35,583 bases of DNA from Euryarchaeota archaeon UBA39 (GTDB lineage: Archaea > Thermoplasmatota > Poseidoniia > Poseidoniales > Thalassarchaeaceae). The DNA lies in assembly GCA_002503045.1 (NCBI GenBank), contig DAQW01000023.1, forward strand, positions 1-35,583. Direction: 5' to 3'. The position numbers were made by a program, and so were the translations under genes. Positions within the stretch are counted from its first letter, which is position 1; every line of letters starts with the position of its first letter. The notes beneath the pieces were generated by a model. The model was not told the origin of the DNA. It did not search any database and saw nothing but the letters and a program-made list of their open reading frames with translations. Shown one piece after another: positions 18,123 to 28,314 of this stretch.

Positions 18123-21100
18123 ATGAGCGGTATTGGGACCTCTGCTTTCGATGAAGAAAGGCTCCAAAATGAGATGGACGAATATCATAATCGACTAGAT
18201 TCTGAAACTGAAAGATTGTACACTCTTGCAGATGAGGCAAGGAAAAAGGGACTTGATTTCTCAACTGAAATTGAAATCCCAAGAGCCATTGACCTAGCAG
18301 ATAGAACTGAGAAATTACTTGAAGAATATCTCGATGGATTGGAAGTCGCAGAAAAAATTCGAGGAATGTTACAGGAAGAAGACAGAGAAACTACTGCTAT
18401 CAAAATTGCATGTCAAGTGGCTAGAGAAATGATGGAAAGAACCGGGGATCAACAACGCTCAATCGATGCTGGATTGAGAGTTGGTCTTGCAATTCTTACA
18501 GAAGCGATCTTAGTCGCCCCTTTAGAAGGGATTGGGCAAGTTAGATTGTTGAATAATGTAGATGGTTCTACATTCCTATCTATCGATTTTTGCGGACCAA
18601 TAAGAGCTGCAGGTGGTACTGCACAGGCAATGGCAGTACTAATTGGAGACATGATTCGTTCTGAATTAGGATTGGCAAAATATGAGCCAACATTTGCTGA
18701 AGTTGAAAGAGTAAAGGAAGAATTCGGACTCTATCGAGCGGGAATGCAATACAAACCCACTCCTGAAGAAATTGATGTGATTGTGAAATCATGTCCTGTG
18801 ATGATCAATGGTGAATCTACAGAAGATCAAGAATGTGCAGGTTACCGAGAAGTAAGGAACATCGATGGAGGACGTGTGAGAGGTGGTGTCTTACTTGTAA
18901 TTGGAGAAGGATTGTGTCTCAAAGCACCAAAGATTCAGAAACATGTTGAACGTTTAGAAATTCCAGGATGGAGTTTTATCAGTGAATTTGCCAATCGGGG
19001 AAAAAATAAGGAAGATAAGAGTGGTACAGAATTTATCCCTAAAAAAATCAAGACTGATTCGAGATTTATGAAAGATATCATTGCAGGTCGCCCAGTATTT
19101 GGGATGCCTAACGAACCAGGAGGATTTAGACTCCGATATGGAAGGCCAAGAGCATCTGGATTAGCGGCTGCAGGCATGAATCCAGTATCAATGAAAGCAA
19201 TGAGTTCGTTCATTTCTGTTGGAACACAAATGAAAATTGAACGGCCAGGGAAAGCATGTGCTGTAACTCCCTGTACTGAGATAGATGGTCCAATGGTTCT
19301 CTTAGGTGATGGGACATTTGTTAGGGTCAATGATGAAGAAAAATGGAATGAAATTGAGGAGCAAGTAAGGGCAATTTGGGACAATGGGGAATTAATGCTA
19401 GGGTTTGGTGAATTCTTAGAAAACAACAAGACTCTAGTTCCATCTGCATTTACCTCCGAATGGTGGGCGTCTCAAGTTCTTGATTCAATTAAAAATCAAG
19501 AGGATCTAGATTTTCTTACATCTATCTTGAATTTTGGAGATTTGAAAACCCCTAATCCAGCCCCATGGGAACTCAGAAGAAGGCTACGAAGTAAATCAGA
19601 AAGATTGGATGTTGAATGGCAACTTCGTGATTGGCACCTATCACTTCGCCATGTTGTAGTGGATTGGGCCGCAGCAATTTCAATTTCTAAACGCTGGAAT
19701 GTTGGAATACATCCTTCACATAATCCTCAATGGTCTGATTTACCAATATTTATTCTTCCAAAACTTATTGATTCTCTAAATAATTCTCTAATTGAAAATG
19801 GAACATTGCGTATTCCCGATTCTGTTCTAGGATGGTCCGCTCCACAGATTATTGAAAATACTCCTATTGTTGAAACTTTCACAAAAAATGAGACTAATCT
19901 AAGAAGAAAAGATAATTCATCAAATTCAAAGACTGAGATTTTAGATGTTGGAACATATAAAATTCTTGAGTCTGATTTTGGGAGATTGCCAGAAAATCTT
20001 GGATTTCATCAACATGGATTGGTAAAATCATCACTAATGTGTCTAGGAATTTCTCATCGGCATGAGGATGATGACATAATTATTGACGATGGTTGGAACG
20101 GATTATTACATGGACTTGGTTTCTCGATTAAAGAAAATCAAATTACTAAAAGTGAAGAAATAATCAAAATTATTGAATCTAAATTGAAGATGATTGAAAA
20201 CGCAGAAAAGGTTGTTTTGTCAGAAGAAAAAAGAATCAACATCTTAAGAGAAATGCAAAGAACTGCTCGAATTCAAGCCGAAACTGCTGCTCGACAAAGA
20301 GGAGAAGGAATTGCCGCAACAGAACAAGCAGGACAAGAAGCTGAAGATGCTATTGATGACGATGGTCCCAAAGATGGAATGAAGTTCAATAAAGCAAAAA
20401 TAGAACTTGATGACAATGAAGTGATGAATAGTCTTTGGATTGTTAATGAAATGAGTCCTTTGGATTGGAAAGATGCTGCACCATGTAGAATTGGTTGTAG
20501 AATGGGGCGGCCTGAAAAGTCTGCACCAAGAGAAATGAAACAAAAGGCACATGCGCTCTATCCAATCCAAAATTATGGTGGGCCTCAACGATTGTTAGCA
20601 ACAGCAGTTTCTAGAGAAGGATCTATCCGAATTACTGTTGGACCCAGAAGATGTTTGAGATGTGATAGAGAAACACCACATGTTCGATGTCATCATCGTA
20701 CAATTCCAAATGAGCCGCAAGAATGTGGGGGCAGAACGGTTCCAGCGGATCGTAGAGGTTCTCATCTTCGAAATCGTTTAGGAGAATTAACAACTATTCC
20801 ACTTGCAGATATTCTTGAAGTAAAACGAATCTCACTTGGCCTTGATCGATTACCAGAACGAATCAAGGCAATGAAGGGATTAACATCTAAGGCGCAATAT
20901 CCAGAGCCGATTGAAAAGGGCATACTACGAGCAATTCATGATGTATCGGCCTTTAGAGATGGCACCATTAGATATGATATGATTGATGTCCCTGTAACTC
21001 ACTTTAGACCTGAAGAAATAGGCACCTCTGTAGAGAAATTAGTCGAATTAGGATACACGCATGATATTAGAGGGGATGAATTATCTAATGACTCACAAAT

Positions 21101-22187
21101 ATTGGAATTGTTTCCTCAAGATTTTATCCCAAGTAGAGATGGAGGTGAACATCTACTGAAAATTAGCAAATATTTGGATGATCTATTGGTTAGATTTTAC
21201 AAAATGGAACCTGAATTCAATGCTGAAACTATAGATGATTTAGTAGGTCAACTAGGAATTGCTCTTGCACCTCACACCTCAGGAGGTGTTCTTTGTCGGT
21301 TTATTGGATGGACTAATGCATCTGCAGGATATGGGCATACATTATTCCATGCCGCAAAACGAAGGAATTGTGATGGTGACGAAGATTGTGTCATGTTACT
21401 CTTAGATGGATTGCTTAATTTTAGTAGGATGATTCTGCCTTCTACCCGTGGGGGTAGAATGGATGCTCCATTGACATTGACCACAAGATTGAATCCAATG
21501 GAATTAGATAAAGAAGCATTGCATGTAGATGCAGGATGGAACTACTCTACGGAATTCTATACAGAGACTTTAGATTCACCACATCCTCGAAAAATCGTTG
21601 ATCAAAATTTGGTTGATTTGGTGAATAATCGAATTGGAACTGTTGGGGCTGTTCGTGGATATGGGTACTCACATGAATTGGAATCGTTGGATGCTGGGCC
21701 CAAAAACTCAGCATACAAAACCCTAGGGAGTATGACTGACAAGATGAGTGCTCAATTGGCCCTTGGACGCAAGTTACGGAGTGTTGATGCTAGAATTGTT
21801 GCTTCGACTGTAATTGGTTCACATTTGCTTCCTGATGTAAGAGGAAATTTGAATGCATTTAGTAGACAAAAAGTACGATGTGCAAAATGTAATCATTCAT
21901 ATCGGAGATTACCATTAGCAGGAAAATGTATCCAGATGCAAGGTGCAAGTGGAGGTTTGCATGGACATCACTCAAGTAAAATGGAAGAAACTCGATGTGG
22001 AGGCAATCTCATTCTTACTGTTTCTCAGGGAGCTGTAAGGAAATATCTTGGAGTAATCAATCACGTCATAGATAACTTTGGAATTGATTCATACACTCAA
22101 CAATATGTAGATTGGATGGCAGATAGTGTTGAATCAGTATTCCAAAATGATAAGGTTACAGTATATACATTAGACGATTTTCTTTGA
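18123..22187 (+). CDS. polC: DNA polymerase II (PolD) large subunit DP2
   Basis: GPIRAAGGTAQA, GGFRLRYGR, GTQMKIERPGK, IGCRMGRPEK, PEPIEKGILRA, LAPHTSGG, catalytic HAAKRRNCDGDED, GGRMDAPL and C-terminal Zn cysteines; no intein. Confidence 0.98.
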   Translation: MSGIGTSAFDEERLQNEMDEYHNRLDSETERLYTLADEARKKGLDFSTEIEIPRAIDLADRTEKLLEEYLDGLEVAEKIRGMLQEEDRETTAIKIACQVAREMMERTGDQQRSIDAGLRVGLAILTEAILVAPLEGIGQVRLLNNVDGSTFLSIDFCGPIRAAGGTAQAMAVLIGDMIRSELGLAKYEPTFAEVERVKEEFGLYRAGMQYKPTPEEIDVIVKSCPVMINGESTEDQECAGYREVRNIDGGRVRGGVLLVIGEGLCLKAPKIQKHVERLEIPGWSFISEFANRGKNKEDKSGTEFIPKKIKTDSRFMKDIIAGRPVFGMPNEPGGFRLRYGRPRASGLAAAGMNPVSMKAMSSFISVGTQMKIERPGKACAVTPCTEIDGPMVLLGDGTFVRVNDEEKWNEIEEQVRAIWDNGELMLGFGEFLENNKTLVPSAFTSEWWASQVLDSIKNQEDLDFLTSILNFGDLKTPNPAPWELRRRLRSKSERLDVEWQLRDWHLSLRHVVVDWAAAISISKRWNVGIHPSHNPQWSDLPIFILPKLIDSLNNSLIENGTLRIPDSVLGWSAPQIIENTPIVETFTKNETNLRRKDNSSNSKTEILDVGTYKILESDFGRLPENLGFHQHGLVKSSLMCLGISHRHEDDDIIIDDGWNGLLHGLGFSIKENQITKSEEIIKIIESKLKMIENAEKVVLSEEKRINILREMQRTARIQAETAARQRGEGIAATEQAGQEAEDAIDDDGPKDGMKFNKAKIELDDNEVMNSLWIVNEMSPLDWKDAAPCRIGCRMGRPEKSAPREMKQKAHALYPIQNYGGPQRLLATAVSREGSIRITVGPRRCLRCDRETPHVRCHHRTIPNEPQECGGRTVPADRRGSHLRNRLGELTTIPLADILEVKRISLGLDRLPERIKAMKGLTSKAQYPEPIEKGILRAIHDVSAFRDGTIRYDMIDVPVTHFRPEEIGTSVEKLVELGYTHDIRGDELSNDSQILELFPQDFIPSRDGGEHLLKISKYLDDLLVRFYKMEPEFNAETIDDLVGQLGIALAPHTSGGVLCRFIGWTNASAGYGHTLFHAAKRRNCDGDEDCVMLLLDGLLNFSRMILPSTRGGRMDAPLTLTTRLNPMELDKEALHVDAGWNYSTEFYTETLDSPHPRKIVDQNLVDLVNNRIGTVGAVRGYGYSHELESLDAGPKNSAYKTLGSMTDKMSAQLALGRKLRSVDARIVASTVIGSHLLPDVRGNLNAFSRQKVRCAKCNHSYRRLPLAGKCIQMQGASGGLHGHHSSKMEETRCGGNLILTVSQGAVRKYLGVINHVIDNFGIDSYTQQYVDWMADSVESVFQNDKVTVYTLDDFL

Positions 22188-23069
22188 TTAAGGCCCTCGT
22201 CTTTTCTTTTGGCTGCCTCCTAATTTATCCCAAAGGTCGCTGATTGTATTCACATCTTCATCGATTGTTGCTTTACCTTGTAATCCAGTTTCATCACCTT
22301 CTCCAAGTTCATCTAAAGACTCTAATTCAGCATCTGCTTCTTCCATTTCTTCGTCACCCTCTTCTAACTCTGGTTCTGGATCATCTACAGACCAATGGCG
22401 TCGTTTAGACATCATGTTTGAAGCAGAAGTAGATCCAGCAAGTAAATCATCAACATCTACAGGATCCCCTCCTGAAAGTGATTTCTCGACCTCTTTCCAT
22501 TCTTGTCTAAGTTTTCGAACAACTGGAGACCCTCGTTTTGAACGACGTGATGCTGCCCAAGAACGTAAAGTCCGATCTGAAACAATTAGGACAAGTGCAA
22601 GTACATTCGCAATAATATATCCTTCAATCTTTATGGGGGTGTAAAGTTCCATCTCAGTTCTCAAATCAATTTCAACTATATCAGACGGAACAGGATAAAT
22701 CTGGCCATTTTGTTTTATTGATATCAAGAAAACAGATGGCCCGGGAGGAAGTGAATAATCTCCTGAACCCGATACGTTTGAGCCCCCATCATGAATTTCG
22801 ATAACAGTTCCATCTGACAATTGTAATTGGATAGTTACTTCAGATGATTCCATCCCTTCGACTTCATTTACCTCATAAATTACATGAAATGGTATATCTT
22901 TTCCTAAAATATCGGGCCCATCAAATCGATATTCTGTAACAATATCACTATCTGGAGAAATAAGATATTGTTCAGCTGAGGCGCTTAATGCACCTGTCCA
23001 AATTATATTCAAAAGAACAAATGTGACAATAGTAGTGATGGCCGATTTTCGTGAATTTTCAACACTCAC
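22188..23069 (-). CDS. Membrane protein of unknown function (external beta domain, acidic cytoplasmic tail)
   Basis: N-terminal TM/signal segment, second TM near aa 150-165, D/E-rich C-terminus; start overlaps the mptE stop by 4 nt. Confidence 0.75.
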   Translation of the reverse strand: MSVENSRKSAITTIVTFVLLNIIWTGALSASAEQYLISPDSDIVTEYRFDGPDILGKDIPFHVIYEVNEVEGMESSEVTIQLQLSDGTVIEIHDGGSNVSGSGDYSLPPGPSVFLISIKQNGQIYPVPSDIVEIDLRTEMELYTPIKIEGYIIANVLALVLIVSDRTLRSWAASRRSKRGSPVVRKLRQEWKEVEKSLSGGDPVDVDDLLAGSTSASNMMSKRRHWSVDDPEPELEEGDEEMEEADAELESLDELGEGDETGLQGKATIDEDVNTISDLWDKLGGSQKKRRGP

Positions 23070-23815
23070 TTCGACGACTCTCCTAACAATCTATCAATGA
23101 CCTCTTGCATAAATATCAGTTTTCTTAGTTTTCGTTCTGGATCAGTGGCTCCAGACCATTTGCCAACGATATCACTTCTATAGCCCAATAGGGCGATTTC
23201 AGATACAGGGATACCCAAGAAACCAATCAAACATATTGTACGATCTCCGTCTGTGAAACCACCTGGATTCAACATCCCATGTATTCGATTTGGTGTCTGG
23301 TGTGTCAATATCAATCTCGGAGGGTCGTTTAATTCTGAAATATCTTCAAGAAGTTGGGTCCAATCTTTTTGATTGTCTCCGTGAGCATGTAAAATGTGCA
23401 TTATTTTTCTTTTTGCTGCCTGAGAAATATGTGGGTGACCATCAGCATCAGTAACCAATGCCAGAGTCTTTGACCAAATTTCCTCTTGAATGGGTTTTTC
23501 AAATTCTTGAATTACTCCTATTGAACCGTCTGCAAATATAAATCGATAATTCGATTCGAGGGCTGAAGTGATTTCTTCAATACTTACTGCAGCACCAACA
23601 GCGGCAATAGGGCCATCGAATATATTTTCTTGCAAAGCAGTAACACTTTTTTCTCTTTCATCTTCACTCCAATCTTGAACTTTAGATGATAATGAAGTAA
23701 CCCGTTGAAGAAGTAAATCAGCACTCTCTTGATCGTCTGATAATGGCCAACTAAATTGAGCTCTAACTCGATCTTGGACTTTCATGCCAATTGAACGAAC
23801 CTCGTGAGGGCTCAT
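23066..23815 (-). CDS. mptE: 6-hydroxymethyl-7,8-dihydropterin pyrophosphokinase MptE (DUF115)
   Basis: ADG, VTDADG, HAHGDN, GGFTDGDR and K.RKL motifs. Confidence 0.88.
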   Translation of the reverse strand: MSPHEVRSIGMKVQDRVRAQFSWPLSDDQESADLLLQRVTSLSSKVQDWSEDEREKSVTALQENIFDGPIAAVGAAVSIEEITSALESNYRFIFADGSIGVIQEFEKPIQEEIWSKTLALVTDADGHPHISQAAKRKIMHILHAHGDNQKDWTQLLEDISELNDPPRLILTHQTPNRIHGMLNPGGFTDGDRTICLIGFLGIPVSEIALLGYRSDIVGKWSGATDPERKLRKLIFMQEVIDRLLGESSK

Positions 23816-23874
23816 GGAGGTCTACGCACCGGTCGCGTTGAAGAACCCCCGTGTTACTTCACGTCCGAGAATCC

Positions 23875-25026
23875 ATGCCCATGCCGATGCGTCCTCCTCT
23901 CATTGACGATGCAAAAGTGCTAGCACGCTATCCATTTTTACCTCAATCTGCAGATCATACTCGAACTCTATTATCTGATAATGGAATTAGTATGGAAGAT
24001 TTGCTTTCTGCTGCATGGCTTTCAGATATTAGACGAAAAGGAGACATGAGAGTGAAAGATTCAGTTCTTCATGATGATGGGATAGAACAACGTTCAGGTG
24101 ATCTTAGTACCGAACTAGGACGAATGTCAGAAAGTCTCTCATTCCTTTATGCAATGATGGTTGCATGTGCTACATTTGACGAAAGAGTGACTGCTAGATG
24201 GGCTGAAGGTGAGTCTACCCGTGCAGACAAATTATTGGGAAATGATACTGCAATATTTGAAAAAGTAGCCACCACTTACTTATCTAATATTAGGAAAGAA
24301 ACAAAGGCAGCAGAAATTATCTATTCTATTCCATTAACTGATTTCATTGAACTGAGTCCAAGAATTAGTGGAGATTATTGGAGGCTACCCAATAGACCCA
24401 TGAAAGATGGATGGATCGAGATGGGGCCTTCGACTGGTGAAAATAGTCAACAAAGAGTTGCTAGATTAATCAAAGAAAGAATTAGAGAGGATTTGAGAAA
24501 TCGTTGTGATGAAAGAATGGAAAAAATTGACGAAGGATTTGCTGAAAAATTGAGTGAACCTGTTGGTGCGGTTTTAACTATACTTCAATCAAGATCAACC
24601 TTAGATTTTGAAGCAGGTGAAGCAACTAGATCTGACTGGCCTCCTTGTATGGAAATTGCAATTAAAGAGTTGTCAATGGGTGAGAATCTCAATCATTCCG
24701 GACGAGTTTTTCTAGCAGCAATTAGTGCAGCATTAGGACTAGAACAAGAGCAATGTGCATCTTTCTTTCAAGGTGCACCTGATTATAATCCTGAAACAAC
24801 GAAATATCAAATCGGGCATGTATATGATCGAGAATATACTCCTGCCGGCTGTAGCAGATTAAAAATGGACGGAAGATGTCCTGTTTCTCCAGGTGATGAC
24901 CCAATTTGTGATCGACCAAAAATGAAGCATCCACTCTCATATGTATGGTGGAAACAAAGAGATAGGGCAAGACAAGAAGAACAAGAAAATTCCAAGGATG
25001 AACCTATGGAAACGGCCAACCCTTGA
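23875..25026 (+). CDS. priL: DNA primase large subunit
   Basis: ARYPFL N-terminus; WPPCM, NLNHSGR, APDYNPETTKYQIGH, YTPAGC...C...C and KHPLSY in the Fe-S C-terminal domain. ATG 23875 is the likely start. Confidence 0.93.
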   Translation: MPMPMRPPLIDDAKVLARYPFLPQSADHTRTLLSDNGISMEDLLSAAWLSDIRRKGDMRVKDSVLHDDGIEQRSGDLSTELGRMSESLSFLYAMMVACATFDERVTARWAEGESTRADKLLGNDTAIFEKVATTYLSNIRKETKAAEIIYSIPLTDFIELSPRISGDYWRLPNRPMKDGWIEMGPSTGENSQQRVARLIKERIREDLRNRCDERMEKIDEGFAEKLSEPVGAVLTILQSRSTLDFEAGEATRSDWPPCMEIAIKELSMGENLNHSGRVFLAAISAALGLEQEQCASFFQGAPDYNPETTKYQIGHVYDREYTPAGCSRLKMDGRCPVSPGDDPICDRPKMKHPLSYVWWKQRDRARQEEQENSKDEPMETANP

Positions 25027-25050
25027 TAGGCATGTACTCTTTACTCCCAC

Positions 25051-26172
25051 ATGAAGAAGATGACTCGGACCCTTGTGCTGACGATTGACCGAGACAATGA
25101 TCTTGGAATCAAAGCCGGACTGCGAGGACCTGTAATTGGTAGGAAATCTACGCTAAGTGCGGCATTGAGGCTTGGACTTGCAGACCCAGAAGAAAGTGAT
25201 ACTAATGCAATACTTGGTGCTCTACATCATCACGATAGGATTCTAGATTCTGGTGAACCGAATGATGCTGTTGAAGTTGCAATTCTAACTGGAGATGAAA
25301 GAGTCGGAGCCCGTTCAGATCGAGCAATTGCTAAACAATTGGAAGAAGTAATATCTGAATTTCAGCCAGATTGTGCAATCTTAGTTACCGATGGTGCAGA
25401 GGATGAGGCTGTTATGCCTATCATTCAAAGTAGAGTTCGAATTGATTATGTTGAGAAAATTATAGTTCGGCAAAGTAAGGGTATTGAAGGTACATTTTAC
25501 TACATCATGAAAGCAATTGAAGATCCAAAATGGAGAGCCCGTCTATTAGTTCCATTATCTGTATTTATGATGATTATTGGTTTAGGTATGATCTTGCCAG
25601 GAGGAGAAGTTCTCATCGGCGCTATGCCCTTAATTGTTGGAATTTGGCTATTGGCAAAAGGACTTGGCGCAGAAAACCAATTTGAACGATTAATGCTCGA
25701 TATGCGTGATAGTGCTATGGGGGGAATTGTTTCATCGCTTCTATGGGCTTTTGCATCATTCTCTAGTTTACTAGCGATTCTAGAGTCTTATCGAACTATT
25801 GTACAGGCTGACTCCAATCTATCTACAGTTCAAATTGCAATTGAAGCCATGGATAGTGGTTTACAATGGATTGTTCTAGCTTCACTCTCTGTAGCCATGT
25901 CAATGGTTGTCCTAAAATGGAGAAGAGGAACTCTAACTGGACGGATTTTCCAAATTATGGCAGGGGGTGTTGTAATCTATGCATTTGCTGAAGCAGGTCT
26001 AGATGTAGCCAGACAAATTACGGGAGGAATTACCTATGAATTGGATCCGGGAGTTATCTACAACGATTGGGGATTGGCAGTTGTTGCACTTATTGTATAC
26101 TGGATGGTGAGAACAGGTGTCAAATCTTGGTCAACACGACAAGAAACCCAAGGTAAATTTTGGGGAGTATAA
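25051..26172 (+). CDS. DUF373 family archaeal membrane protein
   Basis: LVLTIDRDNDLG, PVIGR, DPEESDTN, VTDGAEDE and IIVRQS.GIE motifs followed by TM helices. Confidence 0.92.
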   Translation: MKKMTRTLVLTIDRDNDLGIKAGLRGPVIGRKSTLSAALRLGLADPEESDTNAILGALHHHDRILDSGEPNDAVEVAILTGDERVGARSDRAIAKQLEEVISEFQPDCAILVTDGAEDEAVMPIIQSRVRIDYVEKIIVRQSKGIEGTFYYIMKAIEDPKWRARLLVPLSVFMMIIGLGMILPGGEVLIGAMPLIVGIWLLAKGLGAENQFERLMLDMRDSAMGGIVSSLLWAFASFSSLLAILESYRTIVQADSNLSTVQIAIEAMDSGLQWIVLASLSVAMSMVVLKWRRGTLTGRIFQIMAGGVVIYAFAEAGLDVARQITGGITYELDPGVIYNDWGLAVVALIVYWMVRTGVKSWSTRQETQGKFWGV

Positions 26173-26607
26173 TTACGACTCAAAAAGAGATTCGTGCATA
26201 CAGTGTGGACAAGTGACTCGAATTGGTCGAATTGATGGGATTCCAAGAGGAGATCTACAAGCTGAACAAACAATTGCTTGTTCTACTTGAGATTGACGAG
26301 CACGTCCTGATGCACTTGGGTCATAATCCATGCGAAATCGATGCGCATTTTCTAACGCTTCTGGTTTGTCTGATGCATTAGAAGTTGGTTCTAAATCATA
26401 GTCAACAGACTTACTTCGGGAAAAAGAGGGGTCCACAAAGGGATCTAATTGAGGAGTTGGTGAGTCCCCTTTAGCAGAAGCCATCAATTGCATCACTTCA
26501 TCTTCAGATGCCCCGTACTCTACAGTAATCCTATCAATCTCTAACATCTGTTCATATCCGTCCATTGAAATTAAACGAGAAATCACTGAGTCTGGAACAT
26601 CTGCCAT
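26173..26607 (-). CDS. Hypothetical protein with C-terminal zinc ribbon
   Basis: CSAC...CPHC at the C-terminus of a 144-aa ORF. Confidence 0.75.
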   Translation of the reverse strand: MADVPDSVISRLISMDGYEQMLEIDRITVEYGASEDEVMQLMASAKGDSPTPQLDPFVDPSFSRSKSVDYDLEPTSNASDKPEALENAHRFRMDYDPSASGRARQSQVEQAIVCSACRSPLGIPSIRPIRVTCPHCMHESLFES

Positions 26608-26690
26608 GGGATTGGAATAGATGCTTCTCTCTTGACATTTGAGTATGGTTGTTTACCAAAATTCACAAAGGAGTGTTTTTTCCGAAGGTC

Positions 26691-27395
26691 ATGGAAGAGA
26701 GTATCGGGTCTCTGTATATGTTAAACACATGTCCATTTACATGGAAGGTGCGTGCATTATTGAATCATCTAGGACTCTCGCATCAAAAAGTAAAAATTAA
26801 CCCTTTGAAAATCAAAAAAAGTGTTTCATTTGCGGGTGACTGGGGGAAAACCCCTGTATGGAAAATGGCTGATGGTGAAATAGTGGTAGATTCAACTCCT
26901 ATTATGAAACGAATTGATGAGGTGCACAATAATGGAGCCCTCTGGGATACTGAAGATCCTGTGAGAAGAGACAAATGGATGGAATGGGCTGATTCCAAAG
27001 TGAAGGATGCTACTATTCCAATTCTCTATGGTTCAATTGGTTCCGCTTTATCAACTACTAGATCTGTAGCTAAACATGAGCGATTTGGATTGTTTACAGG
27101 GAGAGTCTATGCTTGGCTCGGGTTTCCGATTATGTGGGGAATAATTGCAAAAAAAAGAACTAAAAAAACAGGAATGAAACCCAGTGAATTATGGCATCAT
27201 TTGCTTGATGAATGGGTTGAAGAAATCGGAGATAGCCCCTATTTTGGAGGAAATGTTCCGCATCTTGTTGATCTTGCTGTGTTTGGGTATTTGCAATCAA
27301 TTGAAATGCATCCCAAGGCATTTCGTTTAATTGAAACTCATTCTAATGGAATGCTTTGGTTTAATCGAATGAGAAATGTAGCCGCAGTTCAATGA
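26691..27395 (+). CDS. Glutathione S-transferase-like protein resembling prostaglandin E synthase 2 (mPGES-2)
   Basis: TCPFTWKVRALL...INP, KTPV, DSTPI, WMEWAD and YFGGNVPHLVDLAVFGYL. ATG 26691 is the likely start. Confidence 0.85.
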   Translation: MEESIGSLYMLNTCPFTWKVRALLNHLGLSHQKVKINPLKIKKSVSFAGDWGKTPVWKMADGEIVVDSTPIMKRIDEVHNNGALWDTEDPVRRDKWMEWADSKVKDATIPILYGSIGSALSTTRSVAKHERFGLFTGRVYAWLGFPIMWGIIAKKRTKKTGMKPSELWHHLLDEWVEEIGDSPYFGGNVPHLVDLAVFGYLQSIEMHPKAFRLIETHSNGMLWFNRMRNVAAVQ

Positions 27396-28292
27396 CTACA
27401 TGTCCTCTACATGTAAACCAAATGTCGTTAACATTGCAATCAGCCCAAGACAACAAGAAGAATAGTAATGTCCTTGACTGAAAAACACTAACCCTGCACC
27501 TGTTCTAAGTAACATTGTATTCTTTGAACGCCATCCAACAATACCAAAGAAAATTGCCAATACCGATATCCCGATGAATATTGTTCCTGCGATATCATAC
27601 ACAGCCGCAGCAGTGGGATCGTAGAGTTCCTTACCTCTTTCTTCTTCGCTCAAATCCATCCATCTTGTCAAGCCATTTGATTTCTGTTCTATCAAATCAA
27701 ATTCATTAGGAGGTGCAAAATCTAGGTTAAGATGCGTGAATCCATATGGCTCAAAAAGTGCACCTGGTGACAATAAAATACGGTGAGTCATCCCTTCAGA
27801 AGGATTAGACATATTCACTACAAACATGGTCATAAGGCCGGGATTTAGACCTTCTAAACGAAATCTTCCTTGAGAATCCGTTGTTGCCGCTGGACGGGTT
27901 ATTTTTTCTATTCCGTCCTCTACCACAGGTGTTACGACTTCAATAGTGAAATTGACCCCAGGAGAACCATCATGTAAAGTTAGAACACCAGTAAGTATAG
28001 CAGAACCAGGAGCAGATGTACTCAGGAAATTAGCTGTCTGGGTTTGACTGTAAATGAAACCCCTATCAGTGACTAATCCACCATCTCCTTCAATGAAATC
28101 ATAGCCATTAACTGTACCCAAAATACTCGCTAAGAGAATAAACAAAAGGGCCACATGCATTCTAGGATCTCTTGGCATCTGAGAAGGTAGGATGAGTGTT
28201 GCTCCAGTGGAGGCAAATACTGGTTCCTCTTCTGGAATAGAAGAAAGAGGCGACAAAGTCTCCGGTGTAGGCTCTAATTCGTCTCCGTCCAC
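27396..28292 (-). CDS. Membrane protein with carboxypeptidase-regulatory-like (prealbumin-fold) external domain
   Basis: TM segment, then LTG...DGSP and TTDSQGRFRLEGLNPG, then C-terminal TM segments; GTG start. Confidence 0.75.
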   Translation of the reverse strand: MDGDELEPTPETLSPLSSIPEEEPVFASTGATLILPSQMPRDPRMHVALLFILLASILGTVNGYDFIEGDGGLVTDRGFIYSQTQTANFLSTSAPGSAILTGVLTLHDGSPGVNFTIEVVTPVVEDGIEKITRPAATTDSQGRFRLEGLNPGLMTMFVVNMSNPSEGMTHRILLSPGALFEPYGFTHLNLDFAPPNEFDLIEQKSNGLTRWMDLSEEERGKELYDPTAAAVYDIAGTIFIGISVLAIFFGIVGWRSKNTMLLRTGAGLVFFSQGHYYSSCCLGLIAMLTTFGLHVEDM

Positions 28293-28314
28293 AGTTGGTT
28301 ATTCAAGGCCCCCT

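Noticed and set aside
21348-21386. Intein at the common DP2 insertion site
   Set aside because: HAAKRRNCDGDED is contiguous, and no splicing or LAGLIDADG motifs are visible elsewhere in the ORF.
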